NCBI GenBank assembly: GCA_963733035.1
Contig: CAVTBU010000005.1
Location: forward strand, 384,001 to 448,000
DNA: 64,000 bases
From: Pirellulales bacterium
GTDB taxonomy: Bacteria > Planctomycetota > Planctomycetia > Pirellulales > PALSA-1355
Reading direction: 5' to 3'
The notes beneath the pieces were generated by a model, which did no database searches, was not told where the DNA came from, and was given only the letters and a program-made list of their open reading frames with translations. Below are positions 19,149 through 29,935 of this stretch, one piece after another; positions within the stretch are counted from its first letter, which is position 1; each line of letters opens with the position of its first letter. A program made the position numbers and the translations under genes.

Positions 19149-20320
19149 CTAGTCGCGCTCGATAATCATCGCCACGGCGTTTCCGCCTCCCAGGCAGAGC
19201 GAGGCCAGACCACGCCGCAGGCCACGTTCGGCCAACGCATACATCAAGGTCACCAGGATCCGAGCACCGCTGGCGCCGATGGGGTGTCCCAGGGCGATCG
19301 CGCCACCGTGGACGTTGGTTTTGGCCGGGTCCGCTTCGAGCGGCCGCATGCAGGCCAGCGATTGAGCCGCGAAAGCTTCGTTCAGCTCGACGAGGTCGAT
19401 GTCGGCCATGGTCATCTTGGCCTTGGCCAGCACCTTTTCAACCGCCGACACTGGCGCAATGAAGATTTCCTTCGGTGCCACGCCACTGGTGGCGCTAGCC
19501 ACGATACGGGCCTTCAGCGGCGAGCGGCTTGCGCGGGCGACGTCCGGCGAGGCAACAACAACGGCCGCCGCACCGTCGCTGATTTGCGACGCATTTCCGG
19601 CCGTCACGGTTCCCGAACTTCCAAAGCTTGGGCGAAGCTTCGCCAGGCCTTCGATCGTCGTATCTGGGCGAGGTCCTTCGTCAGTTGTGACGACGGTATC
19701 CCCTTTTCGACCGGGAACCGTCACTGGCACGATCTCTTCGATGGGCGAACCACCGCGCGCCGCGGCCCGGCGATGACTCTCAACGGAAAACGCGTCTTGG
19801 TCGGCCCGCGATACGCCGCGCGACTCGGCAATGTAGTCTGCCTCGGCTCCCATGGCCATGTCTTCGAACGCGCACCAGAGACCGTCGAAGAGCATCGAGT
19901 CGCGAATCGTTTGGTCGCCGAACTTCCATCCCGCGCGGCGCCGGAAATCAGAAACGGCGCCTGGCTCATGCATTCCATTCCGCCAGCCACAACGATCTTC
20001 GCGTCGCCGGCGCGAATTGCCTGATCGGCCAGCATTACCGCCTTCAGGCCGGATCCGCACATCTTGTTGATCGTAAGCGCGGCCACCGAATCGGGAAGGC
20101 CGCCGTGCAGCGCTGCCTGGCGTGCCGGCGCCTGGCCGAGTCCGGCCGAAAGGACGTTGCCCATGATGACTTCTTCGACGGCATCCACCGGCAAGCCCGC
20201 CCGTCGAATCGCCTCCCCGACGGCCACGGCCCCCAGCCGCGGCGCGGGCACCGACGAGAGCGTTCCTAAGAGCTTCCCAATGGGCGTGCGGCAACCGGCA
20301 ATCAAATAGGATGCGCTCAT
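19149..20320 (-). CDS. Acetyl-CoA C-acetyltransferase (thiolase), frameshift near 19937
   Basis: N-half: [23 protein letters not shown]-half: [38 protein letters not shown]. The halves are in different frames and one added base restores ISGARAGWKFG. Confidence 0.9.
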
Positions 20321-20504
20321 GGCTAGAATCTAACGATGGGTTCGAGGAATCAAATCGACTCGCCGTCATCGCGCAGTGTAACGCGGTCTAGTCCAAGACA
20401 CCAGTCGCGACAATGGGTCCCCAGGCCCTCTGCCAGAATTGCAACACCGACGAAAACTCGTCAATATGGAATGAGAGCCACCGGTCCACAGGAGTGAGAG
20501 AACC

Positions 20505-21431
20505 ATGAAAATTGCCGTCACCGGGGCCACGGGGTTTGTTGGACGATACCTCGTGGCGCAATTCGCCGCCGAACTGCACGAGTGCCGTTGCTGGTACCGC
20601 CCCAGGAGCGACCGGAGCGGGCTGGAACACGTTGAGCGACATCTCGAATGGGTCGAGGGGAAACTGGGTGACTGGGACGCCTGTCAAAAGCTCGTCGACG
20701 GTTGCCAGGTGCTCGTGCACGCCGCCCTGGAACACGACACGCAGGGCCGCATTTCGAGTGGCAGTTTTACAGCCGAAATGGCCATGCATAACATCGCCGG
20801 CAGCCTGCAACTGTTCGAAGCAGCGCGGGCCGCCGGCGTCGAACGAATTATCTACATCTCGAGTTGCGCGGTCCACGACCGCATTCTCGGCGGTCGACAA
20901 CTCGACGAAACGCACCCGCTGTGGCCAGCTTCACACTACGGAGCGCATAAGGCGGCCATTGAAGCGTTCGTGCATAGCCATGCTTTCGACGACCAATACC
21001 CCATCTGCGCCTTGCGGCCGACGGGCGTTTACGGCGTGAACCATCCGATCGAAAAAACGAAATGGTACGATCTGGTGGCGGCCATCATCAGCGACAACCC
21101 GGTGGAATGTCATGGCGGCGGCAAAGAAGTGCACGCCGCCGACGTGGCCAAAGCAGCCAGTCTGTTGATCCGCGCCGACGTGGCGCGGATTTCCGGCGAG
21201 GCGTTCAACTGTTACGACTGCTATATCTCCCAGTACGAGGTGGCCACGATGGCCAAGTCGCTTGCATGCAGCCACTCCGAGATCACGGGGGAACCTTCCG
21301 AGCCCAAGCACCAGATCGACAACTCAAAGCTGTGCTCGCTGGGCATGGCATTTGGCGGCAAATCGCTGCTACACGAAACCCTTCGCGACCTGATCGGCCT
21401 GATCCGTGCGACGCGCGGCGCCGTCGTGTAG
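20505..21431 (+). CDS. NAD-dependent epimerase/dehydratase (extended SDR)
   Basis: TGATGFVG Rossmann motif, YGAHK (YxxxK), LRPTGVYG. Confidence 0.88.
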   Translation: MKIAVTGATGFVGRYLVAQFAAELHECRCWYRPRSDRSGLEHVERHLEWVEGKLGDWDACQKLVDGCQVLVHAALEHDTQGRISSGSFTAEMAMHNIAGSLQLFEAARAAGVERIIYISSCAVHDRILGGRQLDETHPLWPASHYGAHKAAIEAFVHSHAFDDQYPICALRPTGVYGVNHPIEKTKWYDLVAAIISDNPVECHGGGKEVHAADVAKAASLLIRADVARISGEAFNCYDCYISQYEVATMAKSLACSHSEITGEPSEPKHQIDNSKLCSLGMAFGGKSLLHETLRDLIGLIRATRGAVV

Positions 21432-21531
21432 TCCGGCCGGCGGTTTGCCTTTGTCGCGAGAGTCAGTACGATAGTCGGCGTCGCACGTTCATGCGCCTCG
21501 GCGCACCACTCATCTCCGCAGGAAGCATTGC

Positions 21532-22137
21532 ATGACCCCGGAAGAATTGATGGATTCTCAAGACGTCAAGAAAGCAATACGCGAGCAGGCCCACGCCAAC
21601 CGCAAGGCCCAGGAAAACAAAGAACCCTTGAGCGAAACGATCTGCGAAAAGTTCGTCGCTCAGCCGGAGTTCGCCACGGCCGACACCGTCATGGTCTATA
21701 TCGACGTGCGTACCGAGGTCCGCACACGGCAACACTTGCCCAAGTTGCTCGAGGGGCAGAAACGAATCGTCGTTCCCTATTGCGTTGACGGCGAGTTGGA
21801 GCTGTTCCTGCTGGAAAACATGGACGAGTTGGCCGTCGGGATGTACAAAATCCTCGAGCCCAAAGTCGAGCTGCGCGATGCCCCCGGCAAGCGGATCGAC
21901 GTCAAAGAGCTCGACCTGATCATGGTTCCGGGAGTGGCTTTCGACCCACGGGGCGCGCGAATGGGACACGGCTTTGGCTACTACGATAAGCTGCTCGAAC
22001 ACGCGCGGCCCAATGCGCCGCTGGTGGCATTGGCGTTCGAGTGTCAGATCTTCCCCGAGATTCCCACGCACGCGCACGATGTCTTCATGGACAAGATCAT
22101 CACTGAGCAGCAGATCTATCAGGGGAAAGGGCGGTAA
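21532..22137 (+). CDS. 5-formyltetrahydrofolate cyclo-ligase family protein
   Basis: ILEP, LIMVPGVAFDPRGARMGHGFGYYDKLL, HDVFMDKIITE. Confidence 0.9.
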   Translation: MTPEELMDSQDVKKAIREQAHANRKAQENKEPLSETICEKFVAQPEFATADTVMVYIDVRTEVRTRQHLPKLLEGQKRIVVPYCVDGELELFLLENMDELAVGMYKILEPKVELRDAPGKRIDVKELDLIMVPGVAFDPRGARMGHGFGYYDKLLEHARPNAPLVALAFECQIFPEIPTHAHDVFMDKIITEQQIYQGKGR

Positions 22138-22143
22138 AAAATC

Positions 22144-23076
22144 GTGGGCACTCTGACACGAGCCGAGGTGGAGGATACCTACGCCGAGGCATTTCGCAGC
22201 ATTTATGCCGAGTTTCTGATCACTGCCCGTGACCGCGGTTGGCTCGATCATGCCCTTGCCGCCGCCACCGGGAACGCGTCGAGCACGATCATGTGCGACT
22301 GCGAGGCCGGCGTCGACCGTTACGTGGGCCCCGGGGGCGATGAATCGTTTCACACGCCCGACGTACGACCTGGCGCGATCGTGCAATTTCACGTGCCGCG
22401 GTTTCGCAAGGATCGCCGCGAGGCGTTGGAACGCTCACTGCTGGTGCGGATCAGTCAGAACGTGCTGACTTGCCCGACGGCGGCAGCGTTCAACCTGCTC
22501 GATACCGAGGACTTTTTCAAGCTCGGCCGCAAGCTGGCGTTCTTTGGCGACGGACATCAGTTCCGCGATACGCGTCTTGGCCGGCCGGTGTGGGTGGTGC
22601 CAATCCTGGGCGGCGAATTCGTCATCGATCGGCGCTTTGGCTACCGTGACGGCCTAATGGGCGGCAATCTGTGGTTCATGGGTGATTCAGTGGATTCAGC
22701 CCTCTTGGCGGCCGAGCGCGCGGCAGCGGCGGTGGCCGATTCGCCCGGCGTTATCATGCCTTTCCCCGGCGGCATCGCGGCCAGCGGCTCGAAGGCCGGC
22801 AGCCGCTACAAATTCTCGATTGCCAGCACCTATGCCGAATACTGCCCAACCTTGCGGCAGAAGCTCGGTTCGCAAAGTTGCGTGCCCGACGGCGTCGGCT
22901 CGGTGATGGAAGTGATCATCAACGGTCGCGACCTGGCGACGATCGCCGCGGCCACGCACCGAGCCGTCGAAGCCGCCGTGGAAACCGCAGGGCTCGTGAA
23001 GATCTCGGCCGGCAACTACGGCGGGCGGTTGGGGAAAAGCTTTATTTATCTGCACCCCGAAAAGCAGCCCGCGTAG
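22144..23076 (+). CDS. fhcD: Formylmethanofuran--tetrahydromethanopterin N-formyltransferase
   Basis: EDTYAEAF, SSTIMCDCEAG, RISQNVLTCPT, FFGDG, GGNLW, PFPGGIAASGSK, ISAGNYGGRLG are Ftr/FhcD signatures. Confidence 0.93.
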   Translation: MGTLTRAEVEDTYAEAFRSIYAEFLITARDRGWLDHALAAATGNASSTIMCDCEAGVDRYVGPGGDESFHTPDVRPGAIVQFHVPRFRKDRREALERSLLVRISQNVLTCPTAAAFNLLDTEDFFKLGRKLAFFGDGHQFRDTRLGRPVWVVPILGGEFVIDRRFGYRDGLMGGNLWFMGDSVDSALLAAERAAAAVADSPGVIMPFPGGIAASGSKAGSRYKFSIASTYAEYCPTLRQKLGSQSCVPDGVGSVMEVIINGRDLATIAAATHRAVEAAVETAGLVKISAGNYGGRLGKSFIYLHPEKQPA

Positions 23077-23198
23077 CAACAATCTTGCCGCGACAAGAAG
23101 ACGGAATTTGCACGGGAAGCCCCTTTCCTGGGCCCAAGTTGCAGAGGATAGGGTAGAATTGGCGCGCGGCACCTGTGGGACACTGAGGAGCGCGTGGC

Positions 23199-23929
23199 TT
23201 GATTCAGGTCTTTGACTACTACAAGGTCTATCGCGATCTGGTCGCCGTTTCCGGACTCAGCTTCGAGGTCCGCGACGGCGCGATCCTGGGGCTCGTCGGA
23301 CCCAACGGCGCCGGCAAAACCACGACACTTCGGGCGCTGGCCGGCATCATTCCACCCACGGGCGGTCGGCTGTTGATTGCCGGGCAAGACATCGTGGCCG
23401 AATCGGTCGCCGCCAAACGCCAGTTGGCTTACATTCCCGACGATCCAAAGCTGTTTGATACGCTCACCGTCTGGGAACATCTGCGATTCATTGCGTCGGC
23501 CTATTGCGTGGAGAACTGGGAACCAAAGGGAGAAGAGTTCCTCGACATTTTCGAACTGGTCGAAAAGCGAGATACGGTCACACAGGAACTGTCGCGCGGC
23601 ATGCGGCAAAAGGTCGCCATCGCCTGCGCTTACCTGCACGATCCACAGGTGATCCTATTTGACGAACCACTCACGGGTCTCGATCCGCATGCGATTCGCA
23701 CCCTCAAGAGTACGATCGTCGCACGGGCGGCCGAGGGCGCGTCGGTCATCGTCAGCTCGCACTTACTTTCACTCGTTGAAAACCTGTGCACCGATTTGTT
23801 GATTCTGCGGCGAGGTAAGTCGTTGTTCTGCGGTCCCGTACAAGAAGCGCGCAGCGGTTTGGGACGCTTGGCCAGGAATCGCTGGAAGACGTATTCTTCC
23901 GGGCAATCGAAGAGCAGGAAGCCTCGTAG
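23199..23929 (+). CDS. ABC transporter ATP-binding protein (frameshift near 23850)
   Basis: GPNGAGKTT, LSRGMRQK, DEPLTGLD, SSHLL. The probable true C-terminus FGTLGQESLEDVFFRAIEEQEAS* lies in another frame, so the 796-aa fusion in the ORF track is likely an artefact. Confidence 0.85.
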
Positions 23930-23957
23930 TAGCGCGCTTTTGAATCGGGGCAACGCC

Positions 23958-25589
23958 ATGAATCGCTCGCTGCTGTTGCTCTCGAAGTTGCGATTTCTGG
24001 GGCAGGTTCGCCGCGCCCGTCGTACCCTTTTGACGCCCAGGGGATTCGTGTCGGGCTTGCTGGCGATTGGTTTCTTCAGCCTGATCTTACTGCCGTACCT
24101 GGTGACGCGCAATCTGCCGCGGGCCGTACCTCAAGAGCATTTGCCCTTGGCCACATGGTTCTTGCACCCGGCATCCCTATTTGGGTTTTGGGTTTTCAAC
24201 TTTGCCGGAAGCCACTTCAGAAGCCCGATCGCGTTTAGCATGCCGGAGGTTGAGTTTCTGTTTCCCGGTCCGTTCGGTCGCCAGGAACTGCTGATCTACA
24301 AACTGGCCGCGAGCCTGCTGGGAACGTTTGGCTTCGCCGTGATGACGCCGCTGATCCTGCCCATGATTTGGGGGCCAGCGGCGCTGGTGGGAATCTGGCT
24401 CGCCCTCACGTTCATGCAGTGGTCCTCCATACTCGTCACACTCGGTGCAAATCTGCTCGGGGCGCGCTTTCGACTGGCATTGATATCGGTGGTACTGGCA
24501 CTGGTTTCCGTCGTCGGTTTTTCGATCTGGAAGGCCGGCGTGTTCGAGGCCGGGCTTAGCATGCGCGAACGACTGACGGGCGTGGAGTCGACCTTGATCT
24601 GCCGGGCCGTTCTTGCTCCCTTCGGAGTGTTCAGCTGCGTCATGCGGTCGGAGGCGTACTCCGAGCTTGCCTCGTGGGCCATGCCGGCCCTGGCCATCAA
24701 CGTTTGTGTGGCGGTCGCAATACTTGCCCTCGACCAAGGGTTCCTCGAGGCCAGTCTCGAAGCCAGCCAGCGGCGCCATCAAGTTTTGGAACGGCTCAAG
24801 CGAACCGGCGGCGTGCCGTCGATCGGCGCGCGCAGTAAGCCGCGGCTCGGCCTACCGATGTACCCGCGCCTGTTGGGGGCGGGCACTATCGCTTGGCGGC
24901 AGTCTCTGGAAATGGTACGCAGTTCCGGTCGCTTGCTGCTTGTACTCCCCGCCGTTGTGGGTCCGTTTGCGGCGATCGTCCTGTCGACGAGCAAACGTGC
25001 CGGTTCGTCCGTTGAAATCATGATCTTCGCGCTGGTCCTCACCACGGGCTTCATGGTCACCACAATGCTGCAGCTTGGACTGCGCACCGACCTCGATCAC
25101 GTGGATGTCATCAAAACACTTCCGCTAAGTTCGCAGCGAATCGTGTGGGGCTCGGTGGGTGCGTCGGTCCTCTATCTGACACTTGTGCAAATCATTGTAG
25201 CCGGCGCAATGCTGGCCGCCGTGGGGCGCTGGGTGCCAATGGCGGCCGCGGCCATCGCGGTTGCCGTGCCCGTCAATGTGCTGTTCGTTGCGATCGATAG
25301 CGCGCTGGTGATCGTGTTTCCCTCGGCCCGCAGATTCATGCCCGGCGATCTGCTGGCCGGCATACGATTGATGCTGGTCAACTTCGTCAAATTCGCCACG
25401 GCGATTGTCGCCGTGGGCATTGCGGGCGCCGTCGTCGCGGCGTTGTACTTCTTGTTTCGCGGCCTGCCAATCGTGGCCTACCTGGCTGGCTGGTGCGTAC
25501 TGTGCATCGAAGGCCTGTTCACCGTGCTAGTCGCCGCGTGGCTTTTTCAGCACTACGATCCCAGCGAGCAGGTGACCGAGGCCGAGTGA
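23958..25589 (+). CDS. Putative ABC exporter permease
   Basis: MNRSLLLL start, FSMPEVEFLFPGPFGRQELLIYKL, GLRTDLDHVDVIKTLP, multiple TM helices; adjacent to the ATPase. Confidence 0.8.
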   Translation: MNRSLLLLSKLRFLGQVRRARRTLLTPRGFVSGLLAIGFFSLILLPYLVTRNLPRAVPQEHLPLATWFLHPASLFGFWVFNFAGSHFRSPIAFSMPEVEFLFPGPFGRQELLIYKLAASLLGTFGFAVMTPLILPMIWGPAALVGIWLALTFMQWSSILVTLGANLLGARFRLALISVVLALVSVVGFSIWKAGVFEAGLSMRERLTGVESTLICRAVLAPFGVFSCVMRSEAYSELASWAMPALAINVCVAVAILALDQGFLEASLEASQRRHQVLERLKRTGGVPSIGARSKPRLGLPMYPRLLGAGTIAWRQSLEMVRSSGRLLLVLPAVVGPFAAIVLSTSKRAGSSVEIMIFALVLTTGFMVTTMLQLGLRTDLDHVDVIKTLPLSSQRIVWGSVGASVLYLTLVQIIVAGAMLAAVGRWVPMAAAAIAVAVPVNVLFVAIDSALVIVFPSARRFMPGDLLAGIRLMLVNFVKFATAIVAVGIAGAVVAALYFLFRGLPIVAYLAGWCVLCIEGLFTVLVAAWLFQHYDPSEQVTEAE

Positions 25590-25759
25590 CGTTCGCCCCC
25601 CAGCGGGCCATTTCGAAGTGGACAGGTTCGCTTGTCGCGCCCCTAACCAAAGCGCTACAATGGCGTGCGGGGCTGGACAGCTTTCGTCTGTCGTTGCCAT
25701 CGGCCCGCTATCGTTCTTGAGCTTCCACAGGCGCGAACCTTCCAAGGAGGTTTTTCGAC

Positions 25760-27230
25760 ATGGCCACCATGACCAAAACAGCCCGGGCACCGCAAATCCG
25801 GCAAACGCAATGCTTCATCGGCGGCGAGTGGGTTCCCGCTGCCAGCGGCAAGACGTTCGAGACGATTAACCCGGCGACCGAGGAAGTGCTCGCCTCGGTC
25901 GCCGAAGGTGATGCCGCCGATGTCGATGCGGCGGTCAAGGCGGCCCGCGAAGCGTTTGAGCACGGCCCTTGGCGTACGATGGACGCTCGCGATCGAGGCC
26001 GGCTAATGCACAAGTTGGCCGACCTGATCGAACAGGAAATCGACGAGCTGGCGCTGCTCGAGACGCTCGACAACGGCAAACCGATTCGCGAAGCACGTCA
26101 CGGCGACCTGCCGCTAACGATCGACTGCCTGCGCTACTATGCCGGTTACGCCGACAAGATTCATGGCCAAACAATTCCGATCCGTGGCAACTACTTCTGC
26201 TATACCAAGCGCGAACCGGTGGGCGTGGTCGGACAGATCATTCCCTGGAACTTCCCCCTGTTGATGACCGCCTGGAAATGGGGCCCGGCGCTGGCTGCCG
26301 GCTGCACGATCGTGATGAAGCCGGCCGAGCAAACGCCGCTGACCTGCTTGCGGCTGGCACGGCTGGCGCAGAAGGCCGGCATTCCTGATGGAGTGATCAA
26401 CGTTGTGCCAGGCTACGGCCCCACGGCCGGTGCTTCGATCGTCAAACATCCGGGCGTCGACAAGGTGGCATTCACTGGCGAGTACAAGACCGCGCAAATC
26501 ATCATGAAGGATGCCAGCCAGACGCTGAAGCGATTGACGTTCGAGTTGGGGGGCAAGAGCCCCAATATCATCTTCGCGGACGCCGATCTCGACGCCGCCG
26601 CAGCCGGCACGCACACGGGGTTGTATCTGAACCAAGGACAGTGCTGTTGTGCCGGTAGCCGCGTGTTTGTCGAAGAGAAGATTCACGACAAGTTGATCGA
26701 CAAGTTGGCGGCGATGAACAAACAGCGGAAAGTCGGCGACCCGCTCGATCCGGCAACCGAGCAAGGCGCAGGTCGACAAGGCGCAGTTCGACAAGATCAT
26801 GCACTACGTCGATCTAGGCAAGAAAGAGGGGGCCAAGTGCGTCACGGGGGGGACGCGAGTCGGCGACAAAGGCTATTTCATCGAGCCCACGTTGTTCGAC
26901 GGCGTGACCGACGACATGTCGATTGCGAAGGATGAGATCTTTGGCCCCGTCCTTTCCGTGCTGAAGTTCAAGGATATCAATGAGGTGATCGAACGCGGCA
27001 ACAACACGTTCTTCGGATTGGCTGCGGCGGTGTGGACACGCGACATCGGCAAGGCCCACAAGGTCGCCAACTCGGTCCGCGCCGGAACGGTGTGGGTCAA
27101 TTGCTACGACGTGTTCGACACGGCCGCCCCGTTCGGTGGATTCAAGATGTCGGGCCTCGGCCGCGAACTCGGCGAAAAAGGGCTGGAGGCCTACACCGAG
27201 AACAAGACGGTGACAGTGAGCTTGGACTAA
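25760..27230 (+). CDS. Aldehyde dehydrogenase (frameshift near 26767)
   Basis: [33 protein letters not shown]; then EIFGPV and PFGGFKMSG in a second frame. The junction is EQG[P/A]QVD. Confidence 0.92.
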
Positions 27231-27253
27231 GCTTGGCGCTGCAAACAGCGTGT

Positions 27254-27293
27254 GCGGCCGCGCTACCGAACGTTGTTGGTGGCGCGGCCGTTT
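27254..27293 (+). terminator. Stem-loop downstream of ALDH, possible weak intrinsic terminator
   Basis: GCGGCCGCGCTACC / GGTGGCGCGGCCGT 14-bp stem with G-U pairs, followed by a short T run. Confidence 0.45.
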
Positions 27294-27323
27294 CGCATGA
27301 CGCTCGGCGAGTCAGGGGGCCGT

Positions 27324-27353
27324 TTGACAATTTGCAAACGGTCCTCGTAAAAT
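27324..27353 (+). promoter_or_regulatory. Putative sigma70 promoter of purM
   Basis: TTGACA-N18-TAAAAT, 35 nt upstream of the ATG. Confidence 0.55.
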
Positions 27354-27388
27354 GCCTCTCTCGATTGCTTACGGTGCAGGTAACCTGA

Positions 27389-28450
27389 ATGGCCAAAGCG
27401 ACTTACAAGGATGCGGGCGTGGACCTCGAGGTCTATCGCCAGTCCATGGCCCGGTTACCGCGGCTGCTGCACCGCACGTACAGCCCTCGCGTGATTCCTA
27501 ACGACGGCGGCTTCGCCGGTCTGTTTCAGCTCGACTTCGCCAACGCCCTGTTCGCCCGGCGCTACGAGGATCCCGTGCTCGTCTCCTGCACCGACGGGGT
27601 AGGAACGAAACTAAAGGTCGCCAGCCTCGCCGGTATTCACAACACGGTCGGCATCGATCTGGTGGCGATGAGCGTCAACGACGCCATCTGCACCGGCGCC
27701 GAACCGCTGTTCTTTCTCGATTATGTGGCAATGTCGCACGACGAACCCGAGCTGCTGGAACAGATCGTTGAAGGCATTTCGCAGGGCTGCGTCGAGGCGG
27801 ATTGCGCGCTACTGGGGGGCGAAACGGCCATCATGCCCGACTTGTATGCCCGCGGCGATTACGATTTGGCCGGTTTTTGCGTGGGCGTGGCCGAGCGAAA
27901 AAAGCTCGTCGACGGTAGGTCGATTTCCGACGGCGACGTCGTGCTGGGTGTTGCCTCCAGCGGCTTGCATTCGAACGGCTACAGCCTGGCCCGCAAAATC
28001 GCGTTCGAGATTGGCGGCCTGGCCCCCGCCGATCATGTTGAAGAACTCGGTACGACCGTCGCTCACGCCCTGCTCGAGCCCACGCAAATCTACGTCCGCG
28101 GCGTTCGCCAGGTGCTCAACTATTACAAGGTGAAGAGAGTCGTCCACGGTATCGCACACATTACCGGCGGAGGATTGTGCGAAAACCTTGAACGTATCGT
28201 GCCCGAGGGAATTCACATTACGATCGACCGGAGCAGTTGGGAGGTGCCCCCCGTGTTCACGTGGCTGCGGCGCCTGGGCGACGTCGATGCTGACGAAATG
28301 GACCGCGTGTTCAACATGGGCCTCGGCCTCGTGATGATAGTCGGCCCACACTATGCCGAGAGCATTCGCCACCAGTTGACCGATTGCGGACTGGAGTGCT
28401 GGACGATCGGCCGAGCCACGGCGGGTGAACGAGGCGTCGCCTGGGCCTGA
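27389..28450 (+). CDS. purM: Phosphoribosylformylglycinamidine cyclo-ligase
   Basis: [52 protein letters not shown]. Confidence 0.97.
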   Translation: MAKATYKDAGVDLEVYRQSMARLPRLLHRTYSPRVIPNDGGFAGLFQLDFANALFARRYEDPVLVSCTDGVGTKLKVASLAGIHNTVGIDLVAMSVNDAICTGAEPLFFLDYVAMSHDEPELLEQIVEGISQGCVEADCALLGGETAIMPDLYARGDYDLAGFCVGVAERKKLVDGRSISDGDVVLGVASSGLHSNGYSLARKIAFEIGGLAPADHVEELGTTVAHALLEPTQIYVRGVRQVLNYYKVKRVVHGIAHITGGGLCENLERIVPEGIHITIDRSSWEVPPVFTWLRRLGDVDADEMDRVFNMGLGLVMIVGPHYAESIRHQLTDCGLECWTIGRATAGERGVAWA

Positions 28451-28615
28451 AACCACTCCAATATCGCAGGCAATCGGTCGGGCGGTGCATCGGTTCACTC
28501 CGAGGATCCGCAGTGCAAACACGTAGGGACTCGGCCTGAACGAATTGAACCAGTGTCATCGGGGCACGGTTGTTCGCCGGCCCGCACCCTGTCGAGTAGA
28601 CCAAAACGCGATTCA

Positions 28616-29935
28616 ATGTGGACTGTTGAACTCGTCGTCATGGCGATGATGATCGCCCTGAACAGCATTTTTGCCGCGTACGAAATCGCGCTGGCATCAA
28701 TCGGCCTGGCCCGACTTGACACGCTGGTGCATGAAGGTCGGCACGGTGCGGCTTCGGCCATGCGAATGAAACAAGGCATGGAAGCCAGCCTGGCGGTCGT
28801 GCAATTGGGTATCACGCTGGTCGGCGCCATTGCCGCGGCCACCGGTGGGGCGGGCGCGGCGGAATCCTTTGAGCCGGGACTACGCCAGCTTGGCTTATCG
28901 GTAACCACTGCCAAGATTATCGCGATTGCCGCGGTCGTCGTGCCCCTCACCGTGGTCACGATCATCCTCGGCGAACTGGTGCCCAAGGTATTCGCGCTGC
29001 GTAACCGCGAATGGGTCTGCCTACAGCTCTCGCCGCTGATGGAATGGTTTGCCTTTTTGGTGTGGCCGGCCGTTTGGTTCCTGGAGTCTTCCACGTCGCT
29101 GATTGTGCGGCTGGGCGAGCGACGCTGGAGCCACAAGGAACCGGTGTCCGACGCCGCCGCGCTGCAGGAATTGCGGGCCATTGCGGCGCTGGCCCGAACG
29201 TCGCGCCTGATCGGCCGCCGCGAGGAAGGCATCATTGTGAGCGCGGCACGGCTTTCGAGCACGACTGTCGATTCGATCATGGTGCCGATCGAATCGGTCA
29301 GCTACTTGTTCGTCGAGGAATCGCTCGACGACGCGCTCGCGGCAGCGCACCTGGACATGCATACGCGCTATCCGGTTACGCAACGGAGGGGCGATCCGCA
29401 GGACTTTATCGGCTATGTGAACTTCAAGGACATCGTCGCAACGTTGCGGCTGACGACTGAGAAGACATCGCTACGGGGGATCCTGCGGCCGCTGGTGGAT
29501 TTCGAAGCCCAGGCCACCGTAGCGGCATGTCTCGAACGCCTCATTCACGGGCACAATCACATCGCCGTGGTCCGCGGCGAACACAACGGCGTGCTCGGCA
29601 TCGTCACGTTGGAAGACATTCTGGAAGAGTTGGTCGGGGAGATTCACGACGAATACGACCGCTTGCCCGGCTACATCGTGCCGGCCGGAAGCGGCTGGGT
29701 CGCGGGGGGCAGTCTATCACTCGACGAATTAAAAACCACGTGTCTCCGTGAGCTGCCGTGGTCGGAAGTCGGACCGCCGCCGCAAACATTGAGCGATTGG
29801 GTCGTCCGCCGGCAGGAACGCCCGCCGCGGGCGGGAGACGTGCTGGTCGCCGGCGGGCTGCGAATTCTCGTCCGCAAAGTACGCCGCCAGGCGGTATTCG
29901 AAGCGTTCATCCTGCCCGAATCGGCGACGAACTAG
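28616..29935 (+). CDS. CNNM/HlyC-CorC family transporter (DUF21 + CBS pair + CorC_HlyC)
   Basis: AAYEIAL, VQLGIT, GELVPK, HTRYPV, GIVTLEDILEELVGEIHDEYD. Confidence 0.9.
   Translation: MWTVELVVMAMMIALNSIFAAYEIALASIGLARLDTLVHEGRHGAASAMRMKQGMEASLAVVQLGITLVGAIAAATGGAGAAESFEPGLRQLGLSVTTAKIIAIAAVVVPLTVVTIILGELVPKVFALRNREWVCLQLSPLMEWFAFLVWPAVWFLESSTSLIVRLGERRWSHKEPVSDAAALQELRAIAALARTSRLIGRREEGIIVSAARLSSTTVDSIMVPIESVSYLFVEESLDDALAAAHLDMHTRYPVTQRRGDPQDFIGYVNFKDIVATLRLTTEKTSLRGILRPLVDFEAQATVAACLERLIHGHNHIAVVRGEHNGVLGIVTLEDILEELVGEIHDEYDRLPGYIVPAGSGWVAGGSLSLDELKTTCLRELPWSEVGPPPQTLSDWVVRRQERPPRAGDVLVAGGLRILVRKVRRQAVFEAFILPESATN

Noticed and set aside
23199..25589. 796-aa ABC ATPase-permease fusion in the ORF track
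   Set aside because: The typical ATPase C-terminus (SLEDVFF...stop at 23929) sits in another frame and the permease has its own ATG at 23958. The fusion is best explained by a 1-nt deletion.
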